DNA from: Neophaeotheca triangularis | Lineage: Eukaryota | Assembly: GCA_054600435.1 (NCBI GenBank) | Contig: BAAIJX010000037.1 | Span: 1-64,000 of the forward strand | Reading direction: 5' to 3' | Length of the DNA stretch: 64,000 bases | Made by a program: the position numbers and the translations under genes | The notes under the pieces: generated by a model | What the model was told of the DNA's origin: nothing | Database searches by the model: none | Seen by the model: the letters and a program-made list of their open reading frames with translations, nothing else | Part shown: positions 24,076 through 35,080 of the stretch, one piece after another | How positions within the stretch are numbered: position 1 is the first letter of the stretch | Layout of the letters: each line of letters starts with the position of its first letter

Positions 24076-25582
24076 ATGATTTCTTGGACGAGCATGGCGC
24101 AAGTCGCCTTACTTTCTTCTACAGCTCTTGCGCAAGGCTTCGATCGGAGTGTCTGTTCCAACGAGCAATTTAGGTCGTTGTCATGCCTGAACGGCATGGG
24201 CATGGCTCTAGAAGCGTGTCAATCTTTGCTACCAGCAGTGCCAGCGGCGCAAACCGCAACGCACACAGTGACGACGACGGCGGAGGCAGCGAGAATGTAC
24301 AGGAGACAGGACTGCCCTGCAGGAACTACAGTCGACAGAACAAATATTCAGAGCAGTACGGTGACGGTGACAACGTAAGGCAAACATTGAAACTGTTCCT
24401 TGTTGAACCACCAACTAACACAACAGTAGCGAAGCAACATCCACTGCCACAGTCGGAATAACAAAAGTCAGTAGCTGCGCGACAACGCTGACCACGTACC
24501 TGCCGTCGAACGCAGCACAGCGTTCGGAGGCGGCGCCGTCCTCTGGACCTGAACCATACGGATCCGCATCCCCTCGACTGGCGCCCTCTGAACCCGCTCC
24601 CTCCCAGCCCGCGCCCTCCGAGCCGGCTGTTACCTCCGTACCTTCGATTACCAATCAGCCTTCTCGTGCACCAGATCAAACCTCACTCTCTCCCGAGCTG
24701 TCCTCGATAGCGCAGTCGATACTAGCCACTGCTGGAACACAGACTTCAGCAAGAGACACACAGGTTATCACATCGTCTCCAGCCCTACCTTCCGTGTACG
24801 CACGTCAAGAGACAGACTGGGATGCGCTTTTCAATGCTGCTCACACGGACGGTTGCCATCCTATGTCTGCCTTGCTCGCATTGGGCGCCCTTTTCGAAGA
24901 CAACTTGAACACGGCTTGTGCCTGCATCGGTGTGACGGCTTTACCGACTCGTACTACCACTGTTACCGTAACGGGAACCCCCCAACCGCAGCCAAATGCA
25001 GGGTCGCCGAACGTCAACACGCCAAACGCCAACACGCCAAACGCAGACACCCCGAACGCAGAGACACCAGATGCTTACGGCGCCCTAGGCGTACCAGGTG
25101 CTCGGCCCACCAGTCTAAACTGCGATGGATCTCAGGACCGAACATCTACAATGTACCACCAACAGTCGGTCGTCTACACCGAATACGTCACAAAAGCAGC
25201 AACGACCATAACCCTCAGCGCAACCAGCAGCGAGACCGCCACCGCAACGGTGACCCTTGCAGCACCTACTTTCACACAAGTTTTTGGCCCCAGGACAGGA
25301 TGCATGGACGTCGCGGCGAATTTCAAGGCCGAGCAACTCCCCAACAACGTCAAGGGCGAAGGGGAAGCAGCGCAAAAGTGCAAGGACATGTGCACCCAAA
25401 GAGGAAATTGCGAGCATGTGTACGTGCAGCACATGATGGCTGACTATGGGAGCACCTTGCCGTACTTTGAGTGCTTCTTCAACGATCACTGCTTGAGCGA
25501 GGAGACGGATTTGGAGTGTGGACAGAGGCCGGGAACTTACGGTCGGGCGATTGGATGGGACGCTATCGGCAGAGGTCAGTAG
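24076..25582 (+). CDS. Secreted Cys-rich, Thr/Pro-rich modular protein (~484 aa) with a C-terminal disulfide-rich (PAN/apple-like?) domain; intron 24375-24426 (or 24429)
   Basis: Signal peptide MISWTSMAQVALLSSTALA; GTAAGG...CTAAC...CAG intron; I translated the frame from 24428 into the 24794 ORF without meeting a stop. Confidence 0.8.
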
Positions 25583-25911
25583 ATGGGATCGACGGATCGA
25601 GATGGAAGATGCGAGGAAGATAAATTCTTTTCCATTAGTATATGGAGCACCATAGGATCCATGGCCGGCTTAGGCATTCATTGGGGCATTACTTAGGTAG
25701 ACTCTCGAAGTGACTCTACACGTGACGAGCTGGAGCTTGGGCCTCCATTTTGTACTACCTCATCTCAAGCTTCAGCTTCTTAATCTCTGTATACATCACC
25801 CACTACGACATAAGTGTATCCTGCATAAGGATAAACAACACAATGACCCGCGCCAGTGCCCTGTGTACACTGACCTATTACCCTCTCGAGCCCGAATGAG
25901 CGACCACCACG

Positions 25912-26520
25912 ATGGCCCAACCCGTCATCGTCCGCGCCTACACCGGCCCCAAAACCACCCCCTCAAGAGGCCCTACAAACCCAACCCGCAATCGCAAAGA
26001 CCAGCAACCCACCTTCCCAGTCACTAGCTCCTACGCCTTCGCCGACATCCTCAAGTGCGCCGATAGCCCGGAGCTGCAAACAGCCCTCGACGGCATCGCC
26101 GAAATCGCCGCTAATAACCGCACGGCCCTTGCCGATGAGTATAGCTCGCACCTCCCTCCTTTGGGAGAGATTACGGCTTCTTCTGCGACGGTGCCTGCAA
26201 GGCCTGGGGTTTTGAGGCCGAGGGTTCTGACAACCGTGGAAGAGGCTAGTTCGAGTGGCAGTGAAGGGAGTGGGAGGAGGTGGAGTGGGGCTAGTTTTTG
26301 CGAGGGGCAGGAGGTGGATATCTTGGTTGTGAGGAGGGTAAGGATTGGGTGTTTGGGGAGGGCAGTCGTAGTTTGTGGTACTACTGCGACTGCTCGGCCT
26401 GGTGGTGTGGAAGCCGTAAAGTCCACAGAGGCAGAGAGTATGCGATTCACTCATGCGCAACGAGACACCGTTCTCAGCCCAGCGAGAACAAGTCTTCAGC
26501 GCAACTTGATCGAGACCTGA
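25912..26520 (+). CDS. Hypothetical protein (202 aa)
   Basis: Single ORF with coding-like bias and a structured-looking core SYAFADIL...ALDGIAEI...LADEYSSHLPPLGEI. Confidence 0.7.
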   Translation: MAQPVIVRAYTGPKTTPSRGPTNPTRNRKDQQPTFPVTSSYAFADILKCADSPELQTALDGIAEIAANNRTALADEYSSHLPPLGEITASSATVPARPGVLRPRVLTTVEEASSSGSEGSGRRWSGASFCEGQEVDILVVRRVRIGCLGRAVVVCGTTATARPGGVEAVKSTEAESMRFTHAQRDTVLSPARTSLQRNLIET

Positions 26521-26521
26521 C

Positions 26522-28503
26522 CTATACTACGTGACTGTTGGTCATACTCTTACAACAATACTGCAAGGGCAACACGACCTTGTCCGCGAGATACTTCCGC
26601 CAATTGTCCCCATCTAGAGTCTCTGGAGACTCGTTAAGACACCAGTTGACTGCAGCAATGTAATCTTCCACTGTCTCACCCTCAAGCTCCTTGGCCCATT
26701 GGGTGGCCACTATGCTACGATAGAGGGCGTTGGTCTTGTCCGCCGCCAACCCGGGCAAGGATTGCCAGAGCTTGTGATCTTCAAGAATGTGTTCAGCATG
26801 GAGCTCCAGAAGCATGACTCCAAGACACGAAAAGCTTTTTTTCGAGCTCTTGCCCTTCTCTTTGGCTGATGTCGCATTTGCCCCAAATTCTGCCGCGACG
26901 TAAGGTCGATCGAAAATAGGCGTGCAATTACTGCTGGAGCCAACCGGAAAACGAATATCCTCTGCTTGCCATTGCGTCCGTGCCCATGGGGTAGACTGAA
27001 GCTGCAAGTGCGACGAGGCAATGGCCAGAGCAATCCTGTACCTTTCGAGCAGCTTCAGGTGCACCTTGCGCGGGCCGTGAAGCGCCTCGCTTAGAGTGAT
27101 GGAGCCCGCGGCGATCTTTTGAGCGGGCTGAGAATAAACGCTGTATCCTGAACCTTCATCTCCAAGCGATCCAAGGAAAGCTGCCTCCATGCCGCAGCCC
27201 GACATAGCAAGACACAAATCTTGGATCTCACTGGTCGTTTTCTTGGGAAGAGGCGGTATCAAGCACTTAACACGCTTTCCCGACGTTTGTTTGTCGTTCG
27301 GCTGGGCCTGCGCTGTATTGGTGTTTCCGTCGAATCTTCCACGTTTTGGTAAGCAATCGTCGCTTACTGGACCCGCCCGCAATCCGAATAGAACTTACTG
27401 CAATCTGACTGTCCTAAGCTTCTTCTTTCCCTTCGACATGCTGCTTTTGCACCGGTCGGACAAGCCGTAAAGTGAGGGTCGTTGTGGCCCAGGGGGTAGA
27501 AGCATCGCAGTGTCTATTGGCTTCGCGGCCGGTGGCTCCAAACGCTTGATTTGCAACCCGGCTTGGTCCCATTGGCGCGAGAAGTTTATTGCCCCATCTG
27601 GTGTACCAAAGAGTATGAGGAGTCTGAATTCGAATTCGGGCGAGGTCCTGTGCTGTAGCCATAAGTGGGCGCGGTGACTGTCATGACAATCGCATCTCCA
27701 CGAGTTGTGCATCAACGTCCAGACGCTGTTGGCGTCCTCCCAATATTGCAGTAACGCTTTGACAGCACTTGCTGGAATAGTTGTGCTTCTAGACTCCTCC
27801 AAGGTGACCACCCATTTCGCTGAGAGCTTCAGCAGTCTGCACAGCTTCCGATTTTTGTGGGCAATTGACTCGAGCTGCTCCTTGCGCTGAGACAAGGTGA
27901 CAATAAACTTGGCGCGCTGGATCTGGTATTCCAACTTTTGTTTAACGAAGTGCTGGTTTGCAGCGCTCAGAAGTGCATCTTTGGGAGTGCTGTCAAGTTT
28001 GCCGGTGTGGGCCTGGAAGGGTTATCAGTACGCTTTACTTCGATTTCTAAGCGTCAGTAAGCTATTCTGACCAGTCTGGACTCGATCATTCCCTGGAAAT
28101 TTGGTCTGCCACATCCCAGATCCATGAGCAAGGAGTTGATCTTTGTCTGCATATCCTGGAGCAGCTCGATGAAGCGTGAATATGTATCCTGGTCGAAGAG
28201 AAGTGTTCTAAGAGCGATCTCTAGCCCACTCCCTGCGTCGGCGGGCGCATTCTGGCTGGCCAACAACTTGTCCAATCCGTCCTTCTCAAGAGTGTGTTCA
28301 GGGACTAACGGTACGAGTAGCGTCTTGATGCAAAGACGAAATTGTAATTCTTCGTCTTTGATGTCGTTGATGAAGGCTCGCCACTCACTTTCGAACTTGG
28401 CCAAGGTCTTCGCTTTCTGGTAAAATTCTCCAATATGCTCAATGACCATCAAAGCCAGAGGAAAGGCCCCCAAAACCAGGCCCACGAGCTCTATACCACT
28501 CAT
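26522..28503 (-). CDS. HeLo-like N-terminal helical domain + pseudokinase-like C-terminal domain, 619 aa, 3 exons (28503-28072, 28012-27399, 27335-26522)
   Basis: N-terminus MSGIELVGLVLGAFPL; central WxCxC..H motif; C-terminal RYRIALAIASSHLQLQSTPW...W...DI, LGVMLLEL, YIAAVNWCL, VVLPL; two GT-AG introns give 1860 nt in frame. Confidence 0.82.
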
Positions 28504-28819
28504 GGTGAAATTGTCGAGGGGTGCGGTTGGTATGGAGCTGAGGAAATATGGAGAGGTGAGACGCTGACCAGAGTCACAGGGGAGATATATGGTTCGATTC
28601 GGCCATGTGCCGTGCTCCGCCCCCTCCTGACGAGGCGAAGCCATGCATCAACGTCAGCCAGTAGACGCCCCCCGCTTGCGCGCGCGCATGAGGCTGAGCT
28701 GTCAGCTCCTTTGCCTACAAATTCAGAAGGCCCTATCTCCCCATCGCAATTTTCAAACACAGTGACTTGCGAAGCTCGCCTCTGTCGCAAAGCCAAGGCC
28801 TTCGTCAATACACGATTAT
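28504..28819. promoter_or_regulatory. 316-bp shared bidirectional promoter of the head-to-head pair
   Basis: Interval between divergent ATGs at 28503(-) and 28820(+). Confidence 0.6.
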
Positions 28820-31800
28820 ATGCGAATGGAGCCCCCTAGTCTAACTCTAAGACAGCTTGTGCGCCGGGTTGTAAAATGCATCGCAAGCTGGCATGAGTTC
28901 CTTCATAGCGACCCATCTCTGGAAAACGAAAAGATAAGAGTCGAGGATGCCGGGGAAAAGTTCCACCTCTGGGCTGGTAGTGTAGGCGCATGGCACTCAA
29001 TCAACGACCAACACTCGCTCGAATACCGTTTGCAAGCAAGCAAAGAAGTGTCTGGCCGCATCCACGGGGTGCTCAGCGACATTTGCCATACTTGTGATAC
29101 AGGCGAGTACACTCCATCAGCCTGCAACGGCGCCCACCCAACACAACGCACGATTCTGATACTACCAAGGCCTGGCTTGTGGTGACTCCAAAGAGCACGG
29201 GCTCGACTCACCACAAGTGCTTTGCGACGAAGGCGGAGATGAAGACGAAAATTTCATACTGGCGATGTCGGAGACTGTAGCCTCTACCGAATCCAGCATA
29301 TCTTACTTTGTCGCATCGCTGGAGGATTCTGTCTCTCGACTTTTTAAGATCTCTCGGTTGATAAGTCGTTCAACCACCAATGACCATTTTACTAAGGCAC
29401 AGGGCGCGCGCGATTGCAGCTTCGACGAGCTTGTGGATGTTATACACTGCAGAGACAAGTTTCGCGATTCTGCTGCGGAAGACTGGCTCTTGGAACGTCT
29501 TGGTCGAGCCAACGCAAAACGGCGGCAATACTTTGCCTATTGTCGGAGCCATGAGGAAAGACTTGCGAATGCAGAAGTCAGGATCCAACCGAACAATGTT
29601 CCGCAACCAGCGAACCACGACCGTTGCACGGCCCAAACAAGTCCGAAGAACGGGACACGCAAGCCACAAACTGCCGTCACCAACGAATTCCGAAATCAGA
29701 CCGTCGCGGCGAGCTTTCCGGGGCCAGACCCGGGTTTTGTTGACGATGGTTTCGACGACAATGTCACGTTATCGACAAGGGCTTCAACGCCAGACACTGC
29801 AGATGATGGCGAACGCGCACGCGTGCCGAAACTTGATGAATACAGTCTCAGAGGGGAAGAGTTTATCTGCCCATTCTGTCGTAGGACTCAGCGGTTCAAT
29901 AGCCAGCGATCTTGGAAGTAAGTGCGCGATCCCAAGACTTTACCTATTGCTATCGTTAACACAGCGTGTTAGAAAGCACGTGCACGCTGACCTCAGGGCA
30001 TATGTCTGTACACATCCGAGTTGTTCTATGATGTTGTTTGAAACGAAGCGATCATGGGCGGACCACGAGCATCAAAAGCATCGCCTAACGTGGTCTTGCG
30101 TGGAGTGTGTGGAGAGGTTTCCGAGCAGAACAGACCTCGCAGTACATTACCGGGAGAACCATCGCGCGGACATTTCGTCTACATCTTTGGGCTTGCTGCT
30201 CGATGTTTGCTCCTCTCCGTCTGATGTTGTTCTGGCATCCGAGTGCAAGCTCTGTCACTGGGAATCGAAGATACGTCGCTTCGAACCTGACACGCCGTCA
30301 GATCTCCCCATTCTAGTTTCTGCACAGCAATTCTTTGGACATGTGGCTGGTCATTTGGAGGACGTGGCACGATTTGCACTACCACGCATCCTACTGGAAA
30401 CCGGGACGGACCACATTTCTGGAAGCGCTATATCTAACGAGCATATCTATAGTAGCTGCAAAGTAAGTCTTGGACTCATGCCATCGCCGAGACGATGTTG
30501 ATTTGGTTGCTGACACGACACGTGCATTAGCTGAACACACTTGCGATGGAAGAGCATAGCCATACCTCATCTCGGCCTGAAAACTCTTTCTCTTCTCTGG
30601 CTTCAACAAGAGGAAATTCCCCCGTTCGCTGTGTCTTTGCTGAACTCCAAGAGACGTCTTCTGCCAATAGTATGGATCTTGTGGCGGCGTACTTGGATTC
30701 AGAATCGGACAGGTTATACGAAGTGCCTCGAGAGACAGGTGCAGGCGTGGGGTTGCCTGGCAATGATCCAACCCATGGTTTCATTGAACGAGTCCGCTCA
30801 CCTCCGTGTGCCACAAAGACTAATGATGCCGAGGCCACGCATCGCAAGTCTGTGGAAGCGCACCAGAACCCGCTGCCTGGTACAGATGTACAGGACCAGC
30901 CGGCTGATATCGACCACCAGGTGAAGCCATGTCTATTTCAAGAGCAGGACTGGCCAAAACGAGCAGAAAAGTTGGCTCTATCGGCTTTTTTGCACAATGA
31001 GAAGATTACCAGTGACCAACAAAGGATCGGCTACGACGCTCCACAGATGCTCCAGTCACTTTCCGGGCATTCCGATATCGAGCAGCCGGGCAACATATTT
31101 GAAATGCCATTCCACCTCAATTGCCAAGGCCAGGCCAGCAACCTTGATTTCCTGGACGCCTTCGATCTGCCGGTTTTGACGGCTTACCCAGTTCTTGCCA
31201 AAACGCCAGCTGACGACGGCCGTCCCGGGGGCCCTGCTCGAGCTCTAACTTCGTGGCGTTCGGCCTCGACTTCACCTGTAGCCTCCTCGCAACCAAAGCG
31301 TCGTCGTGCATACCTGTGTCCTTTATGTTGGCAAAGGTTCGCACACCCACGCGATCTGTACCGCCACTTGAACGAAAGTTGCAACCAGACTCACCGTTAT
31401 ATATGCCCTGACCAGCATTGCAGTCGGCCCCCCTTCAAGCGGGCTGAACGCTTCAGGCAGCATCATCGATGGACTCATTTCTGTCGCGAAAATACAAAGG
31501 GGGCTGATTGCATCCACGATACTCTGGCTCGTCGACCCTTGTCGACGAGGAAAGCGCTCGCTTGCGGTATCTGTGAGTTCAAATGCTCGCTCAACAAGGA
31601 CTTTGCGTCACACCTCTGCCGGGAACACTGGTGGAAGGGTCATGGCAAGGATGATTGGGACAATAAGATCAAGCTTCGTAACCTGTGGGAATACCGAATC
31701 TCTGTACAAGAATTGATCGATCCCCGTGTTGGTAACCCGTGCCGGATCGCATTATTGGACGACACTGTAACCATGCAGGAGATAATTCATTTGGAGTATG

Positions 31801-32021
31801 ACGATGACACCGAGGTCATCGCCCTGGCCAGTGCTCTACTTTGCACCAAGGGACAGCCTGAAGGGGGGTCGGAAGATAGGCATCAAGATTCGGGGCATAC
31901 TCACGCCTCTCAAAAATCCCAGGACAATAAAGCCGACGCCATACTCCCCGTGTCCTTGAAGGAGGGAATCATCAGAGTCCGCCTTAAGTCAGAGACTGGG
32001 GATCTCGGGCTACCCGTATGA
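28820..32021 (+). CDS. Helical N-terminal domain + central zinc fingers + C-terminal C2H2 array, ~1003 aa, 4 exons (28820-29102, 29170-29917, 29973-30462, 30531-32021)
   Basis: FHLWAGSVGA..SLEYRL, LFKIS, LLERLGRANAKRRQYFAY, FICPFC..WKKHVHADLRAYVC, WSCVEC..H, CKLC..HVAGHLE; C-terminal CPLC, CPDQHC, CGIC fingers; introns (first is GC-AG) give 3012 nt in frame. Confidence 0.82.
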
Positions 32022-33076
32022 GTATCCAGAGGCCAGCCAGGAGCAAACACAGGACAGCATGGAATCACAGAGCAACAGCACCAGCCACTGTGTACGCCAT
32101 CTGAACAACATTCAGAGGGTATTGACGTCTCCCGGTGGAGTCGACATACAGCAACACTCAAAGCCGCACAGCTATACGCGTCAGGGTTCCGTAAAGGCTT
32201 TCCCAGCCCATGGCAAGGGAGTTCCAGCGGGGAGGCGATTGTGATCATGGCCCAGATGATTGGTACTCACCTATCTGGCATGCCTACGTCGGGAGTGACA
32301 AGCGAACGGACTCAGGGGCAGGGGAAAGGGGTTGGGTGGCTTTGCTTTGCTTTGCTTTGCTTCAGTATAGGAGGCAGTAGATGGAGTTTCTTAACGAGAC
32401 GATAGGAGCTGGTTGATTCTCGAGGAGCTTTAAGGAGGTTTTAACTAAGGAGACTGTCTACAGCATTCGGCGTGAATCTCAACTGAAATACTGCTTTGAA
32501 AGTTTTATGTTGCTGCACAGCAGAGCTGGGCCGGAAGCTATAGAGTTCTCCTACGCCTCTGCCTTGACATCTATCGATTTACATACCGATGTTACAAGCA
32601 CGAAGAGGTTGCGAAGTCAGGCGAGCATGTGGCATGGCCTAGAATCAATGCTATGCTGTTGAATGCCAAAGAGCAGGGAGGGGCAGGGGGACGAATGATG
32701 TTTTCTCGTGGAATTGCTTGAAAGCCGCCGGGCGACTTGTCTCAATAACCAAGCGGGTAGATATAGAAACTACCAATAAATACCACAAGCTCACTATGCA
32801 TAACAGAGCAATGACGAGATGTGTATGATGCTGGTAGGATTGGGGTCGAGTCGTCGAGGTTTAGGCTTGGCATATCACGCTCGGACGCGTTTCAGCTTGA
32901 GGAGGCGATGACGGAAGGAGCAGGGGGAAGCTCGCAAGATGAGGTGACGAGCACCTTGTCGTCTCAACGACCCCTGATAACAACAACACCACCTCCCACC
33001 ATCGCACTCAAGCAGAACACTCTTCTTCATTTCCACACCAGCGCGTCAAAAACAACACCCCCAATATTTCCGCAAA

Positions 33077-33781
33077 ATGGCACTCCTCAACCGCGACAGC
33101 CCAGTAATCGCAACCGCCAAAGCCCTAACAATCACCAGCACCCTCTACGCCGCGAGCAGCATAGCAACAACAACGACCTCAAGCATCCCAACCCTGCTCC
33201 TCGCAACCGCCCAACCGCCAACCAGCACCAACTCCCGCCGCCCCCAAACCAACCGCATGGAATCCGGCCGCCTAACCCCGCGCCCAGAAACCAACGAAAC
33301 CGCCAAACAGCTCGGCAGCTCCAACCCAGCAACGGCTCTCAACAACGCTCTCAATGCGTCCTCCGACCCCCCGGCCCCTGAAGGCTACAAGCTCGCGTCG
33401 CAGCAGTTCCTGCTGCTCCACCGCGCGAGCGCCGCGTCCCAGCTACCAGCCGAGATCCTCGCGGTCGCCGCTTCCGGCTATCTAGCCTACGCGCACAGGG
33501 CTTTGGGGACGAAGGCCTGGGTGCCGTGGGCGGTTGTCGCGGGGTTGGTGGGGAGTGTTTTCCCCGTTGCTTTTTGGGGAATGCGGGGGGAAGAAGTGAA
33601 GTTGTCTAGGATGGCGGGGGAGAGGGAGGGGGTCGAGCCTTATGAGGATAGCCCTCCGGATTGGGAGATGGAGAGGGGGAATACTGAGGGGTTTTTGAGG
33701 AGGTGGAGGGGGTGGAATGCTGTTAGGGGTGCGCTTGTCGGGGTTGCTGGGGTTGTGGGAATTTGGGGGGTTGTTGGGTAG
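33077..33781 (+). CDS. Membrane protein resembling the DUF1772/anthrone oxygenase family
   Basis: Four hydrophobic segments, SIPTLL, C-terminal LRRWRGWNAVRG motif. Confidence 0.7.
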   Translation: MALLNRDSPVIATAKALTITSTLYAASSIATTTTSSIPTLLLATAQPPTSTNSRRPQTNRMESGRLTPRPETNETAKQLGSSNPATALNNALNASSDPPAPEGYKLASQQFLLLHRASAASQLPAEILAVAASGYLAYAHRALGTKAWVPWAVVAGLVGSVFPVAFWGMRGEEVKLSRMAGEREGVEPYEDSPPDWEMERGNTEGFLRRWRGWNAVRGALVGVAGVVGIWGVVG

Positions 33782-35080
33782 ATGGGAGAAGTGCAAAGAG
33801 GGGGATGAGAGGTGGAATGGGTAGTGTTGGACTGTATACCGGTAAGAGGGGGAGAATTGAAGCTGTGCAAATGCTCTAATGAGCTGGGACAAATTCAGCA
33901 GTGAGAGTGACAGATTGCGCATGGTGGTTTTAGAATGCTATTTATTGGAGTCGGGCTTGTCAGACTGTGCTATCAAGCGTTTTCTCTGTATATCAGTAGT
34001 ACCATATTACACTCGTACTGACTTCACGGTCCGGATTACCGCTGAGCATGCCTATGCACGGTACCCTATCGTCTACGTAGGCAATCGGCTTGCTAGAAAC
34101 AGTAAATTCCGAGTATCCATACGGATCCCCGATGCAAGCTTGGCGAGGCTAGCAAAAGCCGCTCTTATCTTCACGGCGTGTTCAGATGGCCAGCTATCAT
34201 TCGATGAGATTCCGCGATTCCCACTTTGCCGCCGCCGCCGGGTCCGGTATAGAAGGTAGCAAACTAGCGATTTCGAGTGCGGAAACGGGCGGAACGAAAT
34301 GGCAAATATACCTACCTAGGTAGCAAGTGGGACCCGTGGTGTGACTGCATATCACTATTAGGTAGTGATAGCCCAAGGAATCGAGGGATCGGATTGCTGG
34401 CCCTGTCAAGCGGGCTCCGCCGGGACGCGCACCTTGCTGCAAGCGAGCGGTCTGGACTTTTTGCGGCTTCCGTTGAGGGTGTGGCGAGTTTCATGACGGG
34501 AAACGTCTAAAAACGGCCTTGTGCTGCAAAATAGGATTCCGAGGGTGTTAATACAGCTTGAGGAGAGGAGAGAGGAAAGGCAGTGAATAATCATGAACGC
34601 TTCACTCTTGACTCGATCGATACATTAACGTTAGGGCAGATGGAAGGTGTTCCTGAACATGGGCTGGCTTATTAATCCATCATCTCACGTGCGACGGTGG
34701 GGTCGTTCGGACCGTAGCGCGGGGCTAAGCCGACTTCGGCATCACCACAACGTCAGCCTCACAAACGGAGCAAGAGCGGGTTCCATGTGTACCAGGGCAC
34801 CTTCCCATTCCCACCTTCGCTATTTACGTGCCAGGTACCTGCCTGCCTGCCTGCCTGCAGCGACTTTCCCAACAAGCAACCTCACCTCCTCTTCCTGTCT
34901 CACACCTGAACAACACACTCACCGACTTCTCCAACAACTCCTCGTCCTCTCCAAGACCTTCCATCCGACGACATACAAAAGAGCTCTCTAACCGATTTAC
35001 GCTCGCACTACTCCCTCTCTCCCCACAAAACTACTGCACCCCACATCCACCAACTCTCGCTTCACCCTCCAACCGCCATC

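Noticed and set aside
28591..28601. GGTTCGATTC B-box/T-loop-like motif (similar one near 42946)
   Set aside because: No cloverleaf stems or A-box around it; not a tRNA
29380..29972. First ~200 aa of the 373-aa ORF
   Set aside because: Alternative frame overlapping exon 2 of gene B; only the part after the 29918-29972 intron is coding
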